Assembly (NCBI GenBank): GCA_038045945.1
Contig: JBBSXC010000003.1
Coordinates: forward strand, 123,975-187,974
Source of the DNA: Nanobdellota archaeon
Lineage (GTDB): Archaea; Nanobdellota; Nanobdellia; Pacearchaeales; GW2011-AR1
DNA length: 64,000 nt
Direction: 5' to 3'
A program made the translations under genes and the position numbers. Position 1 is the stretch's first letter. Each line of letters opens with the position of its first letter. The notes under the pieces were generated by a model. The model saw only the letters and a program-made list of their open reading frames with translations. It ran no database searches and had not been told where the DNA came from. Positions 1 to 8,731 of the stretch are shown here, one piece after another.

Positions 1-32
1 AAATATCATCAGAAACATTATAAAATCGTTAT

Positions 33-250
33 CCCCTGGTAGCTCAGTGGTAGAGCGGTCGGCTGTAGAATAATACTTCAAGATTTTACAATCTTGAGGC
101 CCTAAAATCCCAAGGATTTTAGAGTTCTAACACGGACAGACCAACAATGATTGGTTTATGTATGAAGTGCGATTAGCCGAATGATCAAGTTCACATTTGG
201 AAAGAAATGCAGAACCCGACAGATCCCCGGTTCAATCCCGGGCCGGGGGA
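33..250 (+). tRNA. tRNA-Tyr (anticodon GTA) with a 146-nt intron (69-214) after position 37
   Basis: Exons 33-68 and 215-250 fold as a cloverleaf: acceptor CCCCTGG/CCGGGGG (one G-U), D arm GCTC-AGTGGTA-GAGC, anticodon stem GTCGG/CCGAC, loop CT-GTA-G..C, T arm CCCGG-TTCAATC-CCGGG, discriminator A. No CCA is encoded. Confidence 0.8.
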
Positions 251-319
251 TAAAAAATATAATATTCTAAAGTTTAACAAAAAGGAAAGAATTAAAAGGC
301 TAGTTTTCTTACGCGAGAA

Positions 320-2176
320 ATGGCTAAAACAAACAAAAAAGCAGAGGAAGAAAAAACAGAAGAAAAAAGCAAAGAGGAAACAATAATTTATCACGACAAA
401 AACCTAAAAATAGTAGAAGAATTCTCAAAAAACGATAGTAAAATACTAGAAAAAATCAAGAATAAACAATTCGAAGAAAGAAAAACCTTCGATATAAGAA
501 TGAAAGCAGAACAAGCAGCACATAGCGCAGAAATAACAAAACTAATATCGTACCCAATAATAAAGAAGAACCTAGCATACAACCTACCGCACCAACAAGA
601 AGGAGCACTAAAAATACTAAAAGACTTTGACGGAAGAGCACTACTAGCAGACGAAGTAGGCCTAGGAAAAACAATAACTGCTGGAATGGTGCTAAAAGAA
701 TGCATAATGAGAGGATTCGTAAGAAAAGCACTAATACTAACACCACCGTCTCTGGTAAACCAGTGGAAAGAAGAACTAGAAACAAAATTCGAACTAAAAT
801 TTGTTGAAGTAAACAAAGAATCAGAATGGGAAAACGCACAGTTAGCAATAGCATCAATAGACAAAGTAAAAAACTTCAACACAAAAACAAACGAATTCAA
901 ACACACAAAAGCACACGAAATATACTGGGACATAATAATAATTGATGAAGCACACAAACTAAAAGACAAAAAAACTTATAGGTGGAGGTTCGTAGACAAA
1001 CTACAAAAGAAAAGACTATTATTACTAACAGCAACACCATTCCAAAACGACCTAATAGAACTATACAACCTATTATCATTACTAAAAAGAGGACACTTAG
1101 GAACAATAAGCGAATTTCGATCAAGCTTCCTGGTAAACGGAAACGAAAGACAACCACTAAACCCAAGAGAACTAAAACAAAAACTATCAGAAGTAATGAT
1201 AAGAAGAAGAAGAGACGAAGTAAAAGGAATAAAATACATGAAAAGAATACCAAAAATATACTCAATAGACCTAAGCTGGCAAGAAAGAAGAGCTTATGAG
1301 CAAGTAGTAGACTTATTACTAGCACACTACCTAGACTTCAAAGGAGAAGCAATAAACACCAACCTAGCAGCATACTCAGTCCTGCCAAAAATCACAAGTT
1401 CATCAAGATCATCGGTAGAATTCTTAGAAAACATAAGTGAAAGCCCAAAATACCACACAACAACAAAAGAAATAGCAAGAGAAATAATAAAATATTTTGA
1501 AGAAATAAAACACGACACAAAAATAGAAAAATTATTATGGTTAATAGACGAAATAAACAAAAAAGACAAAGGAGGGAAAATATTACTATATACTAAACAC
1601 CCAACAACACTAAGATACATAGCAGAAATGCTAAGAAAACAAAAATACAAAATAACAGAATTCAGAGGAGGACTAACAAACGATGAAAAAACAGCAAGAA
1701 TAAAAGAATTCAAAGAAAAAACACAAATACTAATAAGTACAGAAACAGGGGCAGAAGGACTAAACTTTCAATTCTGCTCAAACTTAATAAATTATGATTT
1801 ACCATGGAACCCAATGTCAGTTGAGCAAAGAATAGGAAGACTAGACAGAATAGGACAAAAAAAGAACATTTACGTATACAACCTAGCAACAAAAGACACA
1901 ATGGAAGAACACGTAGTAGACCTAATAATAAACAAAATGTGCTGCATTGGTCTCGTAATGGGAGAATTACCAATAATACTATTCAATATGGGACTGGACT
2001 CAAACGGCAAAGGAGGAGGAAACAAATTCGAAGAAAAAGTAATGAACGCATTCCTAGACTCAAAAAACAACCTAAACAAGTTCGCAAACGAAATAGACAA
2101 AGTAGGAATGGAAATAAACAAAGGAATAAAAGACTACGAACAAACAAAAAAATACACTTCGGAGTTATTAGACTAA
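320..2176 (+). CDS. SNF2-family DNA-dependent ATPase/helicase
   Basis: Helicase motifs ADEVGLGKT (I), IIIDEAHKLK (II, DEAH), LLLTATPFQN (III), LISTETGAEGLNFQ (V), EQRIGRLDRIGQ (VI). Confidence 0.9.
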   Translation: MAKTNKKAEEEKTEEKSKEETIIYHDKNLKIVEEFSKNDSKILEKIKNKQFEERKTFDIRMKAEQAAHSAEITKLISYPIIKKNLAYNLPHQQEGALKILKDFDGRALLADEVGLGKTITAGMVLKECIMRGFVRKALILTPPSLVNQWKEELETKFELKFVEVNKESEWENAQLAIASIDKVKNFNTKTNEFKHTKAHEIYWDIIIIDEAHKLKDKKTYRWRFVDKLQKKRLLLLTATPFQNDLIELYNLLSLLKRGHLGTISEFRSSFLVNGNERQPLNPRELKQKLSEVMIRRRRDEVKGIKYMKRIPKIYSIDLSWQERRAYEQVVDLLLAHYLDFKGEAINTNLAAYSVLPKITSSSRSSVEFLENISESPKYHTTTKEIAREIIKYFEEIKHDTKIEKLLWLIDEINKKDKGGKILLYTKHPTTLRYIAEMLRKQKYKITEFRGGLTNDEKTARIKEFKEKTQILISTETGAEGLNFQFCSNLINYDLPWNPMSVEQRIGRLDRIGQKKNIYVYNLATKDTMEEHVVDLIINKMCCIGLVMGELPIILFNMGLDSNGKGGGNKFEEKVMNAFLDSKNNLNKFANEIDKVGMEINKGIKDYEQTKKYTSELLD

Positions 2177-2180
2177 AAAA

Positions 2181-3161
2181 ATGGAAGAAAAAAACACAAA
2201 AAAACTAATACAAGAATTCTTCAAAGAAGCAGTAATAAAAGAAGAGAAAGAACTAATAACAATAAGTGAGGTAAAACCAGAATTTGAAGAATTCATAGGG
2301 AAAAAATCACCATACAAGCTAGTATTCGACATAGAAACACACAACAAAATAAGAGATAGCGAACTAATAATGCAAGGAAGCTACTTCTTACAAGCAATAA
2401 GAGACTACCTAAACGACAAGGGAGAAACAAGCAAACAAAAAATATTAATAAAACCAGAAATTAATGAAATAAAAATACCTAAAGGGTACAAAGTAGAAGA
2501 AATAAAAGAAGAGGGGTTGCAATACTTCGCAGAATTAACATTCTTAACAACGTACCAATACCTAAACGAAAAAAAACAAATAATAAGAAAAACAATAACA
2601 AAAGGAAAAGAAATACTTGAAATAAAAACAGAAGATTATAAGACACAAGAGGGAATAAACCAAGAATTAGAAAATACTGGACTAGATGAAGAATACAAAA
2701 CAGCAAAAAACAAGCTAAAAACACAAATAAATAGTGAAACAAAACAAATAAGGTCACACTTGAGAGAAAAACTAGAAAAAGAGTTAGAAAGAATAAGAAC
2801 ACACTACCATAAACAAATAAAAGAAAAAGATGAAGAATTAGAAAGATGCGAAGAAAAAATAAAGAAGCTAAAAAGCAAACTAAAACACACATATTATGAC
2901 AGAGACATAAGAATACTAACCATGCTAATAAAAGAATCAATTGAAAGACTAGAAAACCTAAAAAAGAAAAGTTATAAAGAAAGACTAATAGCAGAAGAAA
3001 AATTCCACTTAGTAGACGCAATAGAAAAACACGTACTATCAATAAAAAATAGTCTAATGAACATAACAATATTCTACTACCAAACTTACGAATTAACAAT
3101 AAAGAAAGAAGGAAAAACAAAAAAGATTATTTATGACCCAATACTAAAAAAGCAAGAATAA
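2181..3161 (+). CDS. hypothetical K/E-rich coiled-coil protein, coupled to the SNF2 gene
   Basis: 326-aa ORF starting 4 nt after the SNF2 stop. Long charged heptad-like stretches (e.g. LREKLEKELERIRTHYHKQIKEKDEELERCEEKIKKLKSKLK). No recognisable domain. Confidence 0.6.
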   Translation: MEEKNTKKLIQEFFKEAVIKEEKELITISEVKPEFEEFIGKKSPYKLVFDIETHNKIRDSELIMQGSYFLQAIRDYLNDKGETSKQKILIKPEINEIKIPKGYKVEEIKEEGLQYFAELTFLTTYQYLNEKKQIIRKTITKGKEILEIKTEDYKTQEGINQELENTGLDEEYKTAKNKLKTQINSETKQIRSHLREKLEKELERIRTHYHKQIKEKDEELERCEEKIKKLKSKLKHTYYDRDIRILTMLIKESIERLENLKKKSYKERLIAEEKFHLVDAIEKHVLSIKNSLMNITIFYYQTYELTIKKEGKTKKIIYDPILKKQE

Positions 3162-3200
3162 TCTAACATTTTATATACCTTTTAAACCTTTAAGTCAGTA

Positions 3201-3677
3201 ATGAAGAGGTCGTTTTTTAATTCGAAATCTAAAAAAGTGAATAAAAGATTTTTTGATTTCAATAAAGAAATAATAACAGCAGAAATAGGCGCAATAATCG
3301 GCGCACCAATAGCATCAACAATAGCAGCAAGAGTATCAAGCAACCCCTCAATAATATCAGGATGGGCAGTTGTAGGAGGAATGATAGGAGGAGGATTATT
3401 CTGGCTAATAACAAGACTAAGAGACCACATAAAAGAAAAACAATATGCTAAGAAAAAATTATTAAAAGACATATTATACATCGTGCCCATGAATGCAGCA
3501 GCAAGTTGGACGGTGTATCAACCAACACTATTCTTCCTATCAAGATACTTACTAACACTAAAAGTAGCAGTAGTACCAGCAGTACTCACAAGCCAAATAA
3601 TAGGATTTTCATTATACTTATGGGTTCTGGACACTTACAGAACATGGGTTGACAAAAAATTCAAAAAAAACCTATAA
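3201..3677 (+). CDS. hypothetical integral membrane protein
   Basis: 158-aa ORF with several hydrophobic segments (AEIGAIIGAPIASTIAA, GWAVVGGMIGGGLFWLI, AVVPAVLTSQIIGFSLYLWVL). The antisense ORF 3182-3490 is judged spurious. Confidence 0.55.
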   Translation: MKRSFFNSKSKKVNKRFFDFNKEIITAEIGAIIGAPIASTIAARVSSNPSIISGWAVVGGMIGGGLFWLITRLRDHIKEKQYAKKKLLKDILYIVPMNAAASWTVYQPTLFFLSRYLLTLKVAVVPAVLTSQIIGFSLYLWVLDTYRTWVDKKFKKNL

Positions 3678-3743
3678 GACTGATATAACCGATAAGTAAT
3701 AACACACACAAGGTTTTATAAAGTTGGAGTTCCTAATTCATTA

Positions 3744-4004
3744 ATGGAATTTGATGATAACAAGCTGGCAAGTCTATTCTCTGATAAGTCTAAAAGAAAA
3801 TCATTAACATCAAGACAAAAAATATATTTTTGGGAAAACCCAAGACAATACACTAGAACATGCAGTATATGCCAAGAAAGAATTATAAAAATACCAGATG
3901 TTGAAATAGACAGAACTAAAGAATTCTCGAGCAACAACAACAAACTATTACTAACTCACAAAGAATGCAACAGAATGATAATGAAAGCAGAAAAAAGAAA
4001 CTAA
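3744..4004 (+). CDS. small degenerate HNH-like zinc-finger protein
   Basis: CSIC...VEIDR...NNNKLLLTHKECNRM resembles CxxC...DH...N...CN of HNH nucleases, but the DH histidine is replaced by R. TATA-like GGTTTTATAAAG lies about 25 nt upstream. Confidence 0.45.
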   Translation: MEFDDNKLASLFSDKSKRKSLTSRQKIYFWENPRQYTRTCSICQERIIKIPDVEIDRTKEFSSNNNKLLLTHKECNRMIMKAEKRN

Positions 4005-4180
4005 TCTCTCTTTCCCTCAACCACCATAGCTTTCCAATATAAACCATCAACATTGTAATAAGAAAAATCTTTAATCTTTACTGTTTATACCAAAAACTTT
4101 TCTTTTAGACATAAAAGATTTAAGCAAAAGACCGTTTTAAAACATTCGTATTTGTAACCACTACATAGTAACATGATAGT

Positions 4181-4193
4181 AAAGCTTTAAAAG
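4181..4193 (+). promoter_or_regulatory. BRE/TATA-like box AAAGCTTTAAAAG for CDS 4215
   Basis: A/T box 22-34 nt upstream of the ATG at 4215. The same AAAGCTTTAAA core recurs at 5657 and 17234, and a near-match (AAGCTTTAAAA) at 39268. Confidence 0.5.
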
Positions 4194-4214
4194 GGTGGAA
4201 AGATTTCTTGGTGT

Positions 4215-4931
4215 ATGGTAAGAAAAGCAATAATAATGGGAATTAACCTAGGCAGAATGCTAGTTAACGGCATACCTGAAATGGTTACAGCATTCAAAGG
4301 CATTGATGACCCCAAAAGAGGACCATTATCTTATAAAGAAATGGTTCAGAAGTATAAAGTAAAAGAATTTTTAAAAATAGGTGATGAAGGGATAGTAGAG
4401 AGTGCAGTAAGGTATGCAATGATAGGATATAATGGAAGATGTAGTGAAAATTATGAAGGACAAATACCAAAAGAAAGGGTAGGCTACTGGATAAATAAAA
4501 GGGAAATGTTTATCTCCTCAAGAAAAGCTAAAGAACAAAACGGTACTGGAAACTCCCTCGTTGAGAGACTAAGCACTAAAGAACTAAGAAATAACGGAAG
4601 GGCAGGACTGATACAGAGAGGCAGAAAACCAGCAGTTGAAAGAATTGAGACAGAGTACATGACTTTCATAAAAGATAGGAAAGAAACAGAATACATGACA
4701 ATTCTGGGGGAATATGATACGATATGGCAATTAATAAACAACAATGATTATAAGATTAAAGAAGGAAGAACAGCTGGAAAGATAAACCCGGAAAAGGTTA
4801 GAATGAAAATTAACGAGTTATTCCATGAGGGAAAGGATGAAAGATCATACTACGGAATTAACTGCATGATTGGAAGAGTTAGAAGAAAACATAGGATAAT
4901 TAAGACTAAAACACGAGCTATAGCAGCCTAA
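4215..4931 (+). CDS. hypothetical protein (paralogue of 4937-5644)
   Basis: 238-aa ORF. Shares ordered motifs with the next ORF (IPEM/FPEI near the N-terminus, a G-F/Y-x-G...Y-x-G-x-IPK block, and L-S/T-x-x-EL...GR-x-G). Confidence 0.6.
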   Translation: MVRKAIIMGINLGRMLVNGIPEMVTAFKGIDDPKRGPLSYKEMVQKYKVKEFLKIGDEGIVESAVRYAMIGYNGRCSENYEGQIPKERVGYWINKREMFISSRKAKEQNGTGNSLVERLSTKELRNNGRAGLIQRGRKPAVERIETEYMTFIKDRKETEYMTILGEYDTIWQLINNNDYKIKEGRTAGKINPEKVRMKINELFHEGKDERSYYGINCMIGRVRRKHRIIKTKTRAIAA

Positions 4932-4936
4932 CAAAA

Positions 4937-5644
4937 ATGATTTTAGAACAAGTAGTGGCTATGAATTCTTGCGCCAGACTAGGAGAAAGAATACAACAAG
5001 ATTTTCCTGAAATAGCTGAAATGTATAGGTCAGGAATAACAGCGGAGTTTATAGCTAGAACAATAATAATGCCGCATTATGGAGTATCAGAAGATTATGC
5101 CAGAGTAGGAACTCAAAGAGCACTAGGAGGATTCAAAGGAAGTAAGGATGTTAAAACATACTACGGACTAATACCAAAATTCGAAATGAGAGAGCTAGAA
5201 AAAGCTCACAAAAGTGATTCTGGAAAAAGAGTAGTAGGAGAAAGAATGAGAGAAAAAGTTAACATGACACAAACATTAACAAACGAAGAATTAGTAAGGC
5301 TTGGAAGAATTGGAGGAACAAAATCATTATCAGAAGGACTAGGAATACATGATCAATCAAGAATTAAAGAATACATTGAAGCAAAAGGGCAAGCAAGGTG
5401 GACAGAAGAAGAAAAAATGTACGCTTTAGAAAGATATGAAGATGAAAGGTATAAAAAAACAATAATAGGGCACAAAAGGGCAACTGATTTAGATGAAGTG
5501 ACAAAAGTCGTAAACTACGTTTTTAGAGGAGAAAGAACGAAGGCAACAGTAGCAACGGTTGTAACAAGATACAAAAAAGAGAGAAAGAAGTTGTTAGGAG
5601 AAATATCAAGACTAGTAAGTAGCATAATTAACGTAACTACCTAG
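4937..5644 (+). CDS. hypothetical protein (paralogue of 4215-4931), possible Myb/SANT-like helix
   Basis: 235-aa ORF 5 nt after the previous stop. RWTEEEKMYALERYED resembles a SANT/Myb W-x-EE helix. Confidence 0.6.
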   Translation: MILEQVVAMNSCARLGERIQQDFPEIAEMYRSGITAEFIARTIIMPHYGVSEDYARVGTQRALGGFKGSKDVKTYYGLIPKFEMRELEKAHKSDSGKRVVGERMREKVNMTQTLTNEELVRLGRIGGTKSLSEGLGIHDQSRIKEYIEAKGQARWTEEEKMYALERYEDERYKKTIIGHKRATDLDEVTKVVNYVFRGERTKATVATVVTRYKKERKKLLGEISRLVSSIINVTT

Positions 5645-5656
5645 TAATAACAAACA

Positions 5657-5671
5657 AAAGCTTTAAATATA
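5657..5671 (+). promoter_or_regulatory. BRE/TATA-like box AAAGCTTTAAATATA for CDS 5691
   Basis: Located 20-34 nt upstream of the ATG at 5691, implying a leaderless or near-leaderless mRNA. Confidence 0.5.
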
Positions 5672-5690
5672 GCCTAGTGTTATAATAATT

Positions 5691-6635
5691 ATGGGATTTT
5701 TTGCGACTCTAGCAGGTAAAGTAAGCAATGCTGTTAATTCAATAAAAGGATCACCGAATACCAATAATAGGATTAGAGATAAACTTGATTCTAACACTGT
5801 AGCGACTAATTCAAAATCTTATAATAGAAGTCCCAAACCTCAAGACCCAAGATTTTATGCTAAAACAATTGATTATAGTAGCAAGATTGATTACAAAACC
5901 ACTAATACTTTCCCTTATAAAGAATTAGACAATGGACAAGTAGAAGTTAGAATAAAGCCCTCAGTAAACTTGAATGACCACAAACCAGGTTATGACTTAT
6001 TCAATAACAGGGTTGACGCTCTAGAAAGTATTGTTGAAAAAGACGAAGTAGAAGGAATAAGAAGAATTGAAAGAGCTTATGAAGAAATTACCTCTTTAAG
6101 CAATATGACGAATTATGATGGAGTTTCAAGCAGAATTGACCATCAAGTATCAAGAATGCAGGAAGCTAGAAGGAGAATAAACAAAATATTATCTACCGGG
6201 GACATAAAAGATGGAATGATTGTTCGTTACGATAGCAACAGCAAAAAACTTATCTATTTTAATGTTCAAGTATTATCAGAACTTGCAGACTCATTAAATA
6301 ACAAAATTAACGAATTCAAATGTTACGAAGAAAGAACTAATAAAGTTAAAAGATTCTTATTAAATAAAACTCGCGAAAATTATGGCGAGAGAATAGAATT
6401 ACCAAACCCTGACTCCCAAGAAATTGTTGGAGAAACCCCCCTTTCAAGAGTAAGTTCCTATTTTAAGCTAATGAGCAGAATAAACAAAAAATTATTAGAA
6501 TCAGGAAATGCATCAAAAATGGGAAAACAAGAAACTTTCCTAGAAGATAGAGCAAGATATCTAGAAATTGAAAGGAATTACCCAGAATTAGCTGCAAAAA
6601 AACTAACTTTTAATTTTTTCACCCAAGAATCTTAA
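5691..6635 (+). CDS. hypothetical protein
   Basis: 314-aa ORF with its own TATA-like box. No recognisable motif. The 3' end overlaps the convergent MutS-like gene by 33 nt. Confidence 0.6.
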   Translation: MGFFATLAGKVSNAVNSIKGSPNTNNRIRDKLDSNTVATNSKSYNRSPKPQDPRFYAKTIDYSSKIDYKTTNTFPYKELDNGQVEVRIKPSVNLNDHKPGYDLFNNRVDALESIVEKDEVEGIRRIERAYEEITSLSNMTNYDGVSSRIDHQVSRMQEARRRINKILSTGDIKDGMIVRYDSNSKKLIYFNVQVLSELADSLNNKINEFKCYEERTNKVKRFLLNKTRENYGERIELPNPDSQEIVGETPLSRVSSYFKLMSRINKKLLESGNASKMGKQETFLEDRARYLEIERNYPELAAKKLTFNFFTQES

Positions 6636-8381
6636 GTAGTCGTTATTGTTACCCCTAGCCATCTTCTCAATTATTAATTCTGGTGTTGAACGAGCAAGCC
6701 TCCCAATTACAGGATTATGATCGACGATTAACTCATTATCAGCTGACAACCCTTTAGCTTCAATACCATCAATACGACTAAAAGGAGGGAGATGATCTTT
6801 AATTTCTTGACCAAGATGAGTAGCAACTATCATAAAACATCCTTTCTTAATAAAGAATTCTGCAGTAGCACAAATAAGTCTGCTCGCAACTCCTGGTTCA
6901 GTAACGGCCTCTATTTCATCAGCAAGAATTAAAGTTTTATTATTTGATGTCTTAATATCAGACATTTGAGTTAGTAAAGTCTCAAAAGCACCCTTAGTCA
7001 TACTACCTTTATTCTTAGCAAAATAATAAATTTCTGAGAATAACGGAGCCTGGAAACCCCCACGCATAGGAAGACCAAGATTCATTATTGATATTGCTTG
7101 AATTAAGTGCTCAATAAGGGTTGTTTTACCACCAGAATTAGCACCAGTTAGTATTGAGCAACGCGAAGCATTATCCAAATAAAAATTTATCGGTTGAGGC
7201 TTCTCTAAGAAAAGGTTTTCTAAATTATTAAAATGAATTTTTTCTGAGATAGAAGGATGATGATCATTATTCCTAATCATTTGTTTAATCCCAGAAAAAA
7301 AGTCGAATAATAATAACTCTTGCGAAAGTTGAGACAAAAGACTTGGAATAGCTCTTAATAATTCGCTGTGGAGCTTAACCTTTTCAGCAATACTTGTAAA
7401 CTCATCAGAATCCTGACTTTTAACAAACCTTTCAAATTCCGAATCATCTAAACGTACAGGAATACTAACTTTTAACAAGTGAGTAGGTATACCAGAATTA
7501 GAAATTTCTGACTCAATAATATCTAATACTTCCTTAGGAATCTTGCCTTGAGAAAGCATTGAAAAAACTGATGCTCCTGAAAGATTCATAAGTTCAAGCC
7601 GCATAGAAATACCTTCATTAATCCTCTCTAAAGCAGAATCAACATCATTTAAGGATATTTTCTTAACAACATCAGATTTAAGTAACTGGAGAGCTGGGGA
7701 AAGTTTAGAAACAATATTAAGAATTCTTTCATTAATAATTCCAGAACTATTAATAACATCAATATTAGCAGACCATGAGGACAAAAGTTCCAAATACCTT
7801 TCTAAGTATGCGTCATCACTAGAGGACAAAAATACGCTTTGGGGAAGACGTTCTAAAGAAGAACTAAAATTATCACAATCAACAACTTGCACTAAATCAT
7901 AACTTTCAAGACTCATCAAATCATTATCAGTTAACAATAATTGTGCAGGACAATCAGCCTTAGTAAGATTAAGATAAGTCTTCTCATCCTCAGTAGCCAC
8001 TACAACACCATACTTGGGCTTCCACCAAGACTTTGGCTTCTTTAAAGACTTTAAAAAAGAATTATTATTAACATCCTTAGATAAAGAAAGGTGGAAAAAT
8101 TCTTGCCTCCTAAGAATCTCCTTAGGATCATCAGTTAAGGGGAAAGCATGCCATAAATCATCAGTTGATGGAAGAACAAATTTTTCGCTAACAGCCCTAA
8201 TAGTTCTTTGGTGAACTAACTTTGCATCTTTAGTTATGAACAAATTCTTTGATTCAGGCTTTATTACAGTTCCCGCCGCTTTATCAAAAGGAGTAATTTT
8301 GTTATCAATAATAATCTTAGTCAACTCTTTAATCATAATTGGATAACCATTACTCACGTTTAAGAACTTTATTGGGGTCAA
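6603..8381 (-). CDS. MutS-family ATPase (MutS domain V only, MutS2-like without a mismatch-recognition domain)
   Basis: Walker A GANSGGKTTL, Walker B LILADEIEAVTEPG and the ATHLGQE motif, all in the C-terminal third. The N-terminal 400 aa is unrecognisable. Confidence 0.8.
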   Translation of the reverse strand: MTPIKFLNVSNGYPIMIKELTKIIIDNKITPFDKAAGTVIKPESKNLFITKDAKLVHQRTIRAVSEKFVLPSTDDLWHAFPLTDDPKEILRRQEFFHLSLSKDVNNNSFLKSLKKPKSWWKPKYGVVVATEDEKTYLNLTKADCPAQLLLTDNDLMSLESYDLVQVVDCDNFSSSLERLPQSVFLSSSDDAYLERYLELLSSWSANIDVINSSGIINERILNIVSKLSPALQLLKSDVVKKISLNDVDSALERINEGISMRLELMNLSGASVFSMLSQGKIPKEVLDIIESEISNSGIPTHLLKVSIPVRLDDSEFERFVKSQDSDEFTSIAEKVKLHSELLRAIPSLLSQLSQELLLFDFFSGIKQMIRNNDHHPSISEKIHFNNLENLFLEKPQPINFYLDNASRCSILTGANSGGKTTLIEHLIQAISIMNLGLPMRGGFQAPLFSEIYYFAKNKGSMTKGAFETLLTQMSDIKTSNNKTLILADEIEAVTEPGVASRLICATAEFFIKKGCFMIVATHLGQEIKDHLPPFSRIDGIEAKGLSADNELIVDHNPVIGRLARSTPELIIEKMARGNNNDYLRFLGEKIKS

Positions 8382-8443
8382 CCCTCATAAACATATAATC
8401 TAAGCTAATAGATTTTAAATAGACAGAAAATTCTTTGTTAATC

Positions 8444-8725
8444 ATGAGTTTTAGAGAAAACGTAAGAAAAGGAATAAGCGCTTTAGGCCTTGCAGGGATA
8501 GTTGGAGGATTAGGAGGAATAGCTTACGCAGGACTAGTTGGAGAAGTAAAATCAAACATTTTAGCTTATAGCGACTCACAAACAGTTACTTCTGAGGATA
8601 TAGAATCAATACAGAGTAAGTACAAGTGTAGAAATATGAGCGGATTAACAGTACTAGCAGGAATAGGATTATTATACGCTGCTAATCGTAAGAGAAGAGA
8701 TGATGACGATGACGAACCAAAATAA
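8444..8725 (+). CDS. small membrane protein with an acidic C-terminal tail
   Basis: ATG at 8444 (the track start at 8435 is TTG). Two hydrophobic segments (ALGLAGIVGGLGGIAYAGLVG, GLTVLAGIGLLYAA), then RKRRDDDDDEPK. Confidence 0.5.
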   Translation: MSFRENVRKGISALGLAGIVGGLGGIAYAGLVGEVKSNILAYSDSQTVTSEDIESIQSKYKCRNMSGLTVLAGIGLLYAANRKRRDDDDDEPK

Positions 8726-8731
8726 AATGTT

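Noticed and set aside
69-214. A C/D-box sRNA embedded in the tRNA-Tyr intron, as in some euryarchaeal tRNA-Trp introns.
   Set aside because: Only weak C-box-like strings (AATGATT, AATGATC) and no CTGA D box anywhere in the intron.
33-8381. An integrated provirus or genomic island attached to the tRNA-Tyr gene.
   Set aside because: No integrase, capsid, terminase or transposase genes, and I could not find a direct repeat of the tRNA 3' end downstream. The genes share the local codon dialects.
8444-8725. A PGF-CTERM/archaeosortase-type sorting signal in the small protein ending ...LLYAANRKRRDDDDDEPK.
   Set aside because: No PGF or PEF tripeptide, and a long acidic tail follows the basic patch. 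It is only a generic TM-plus-charge pattern.
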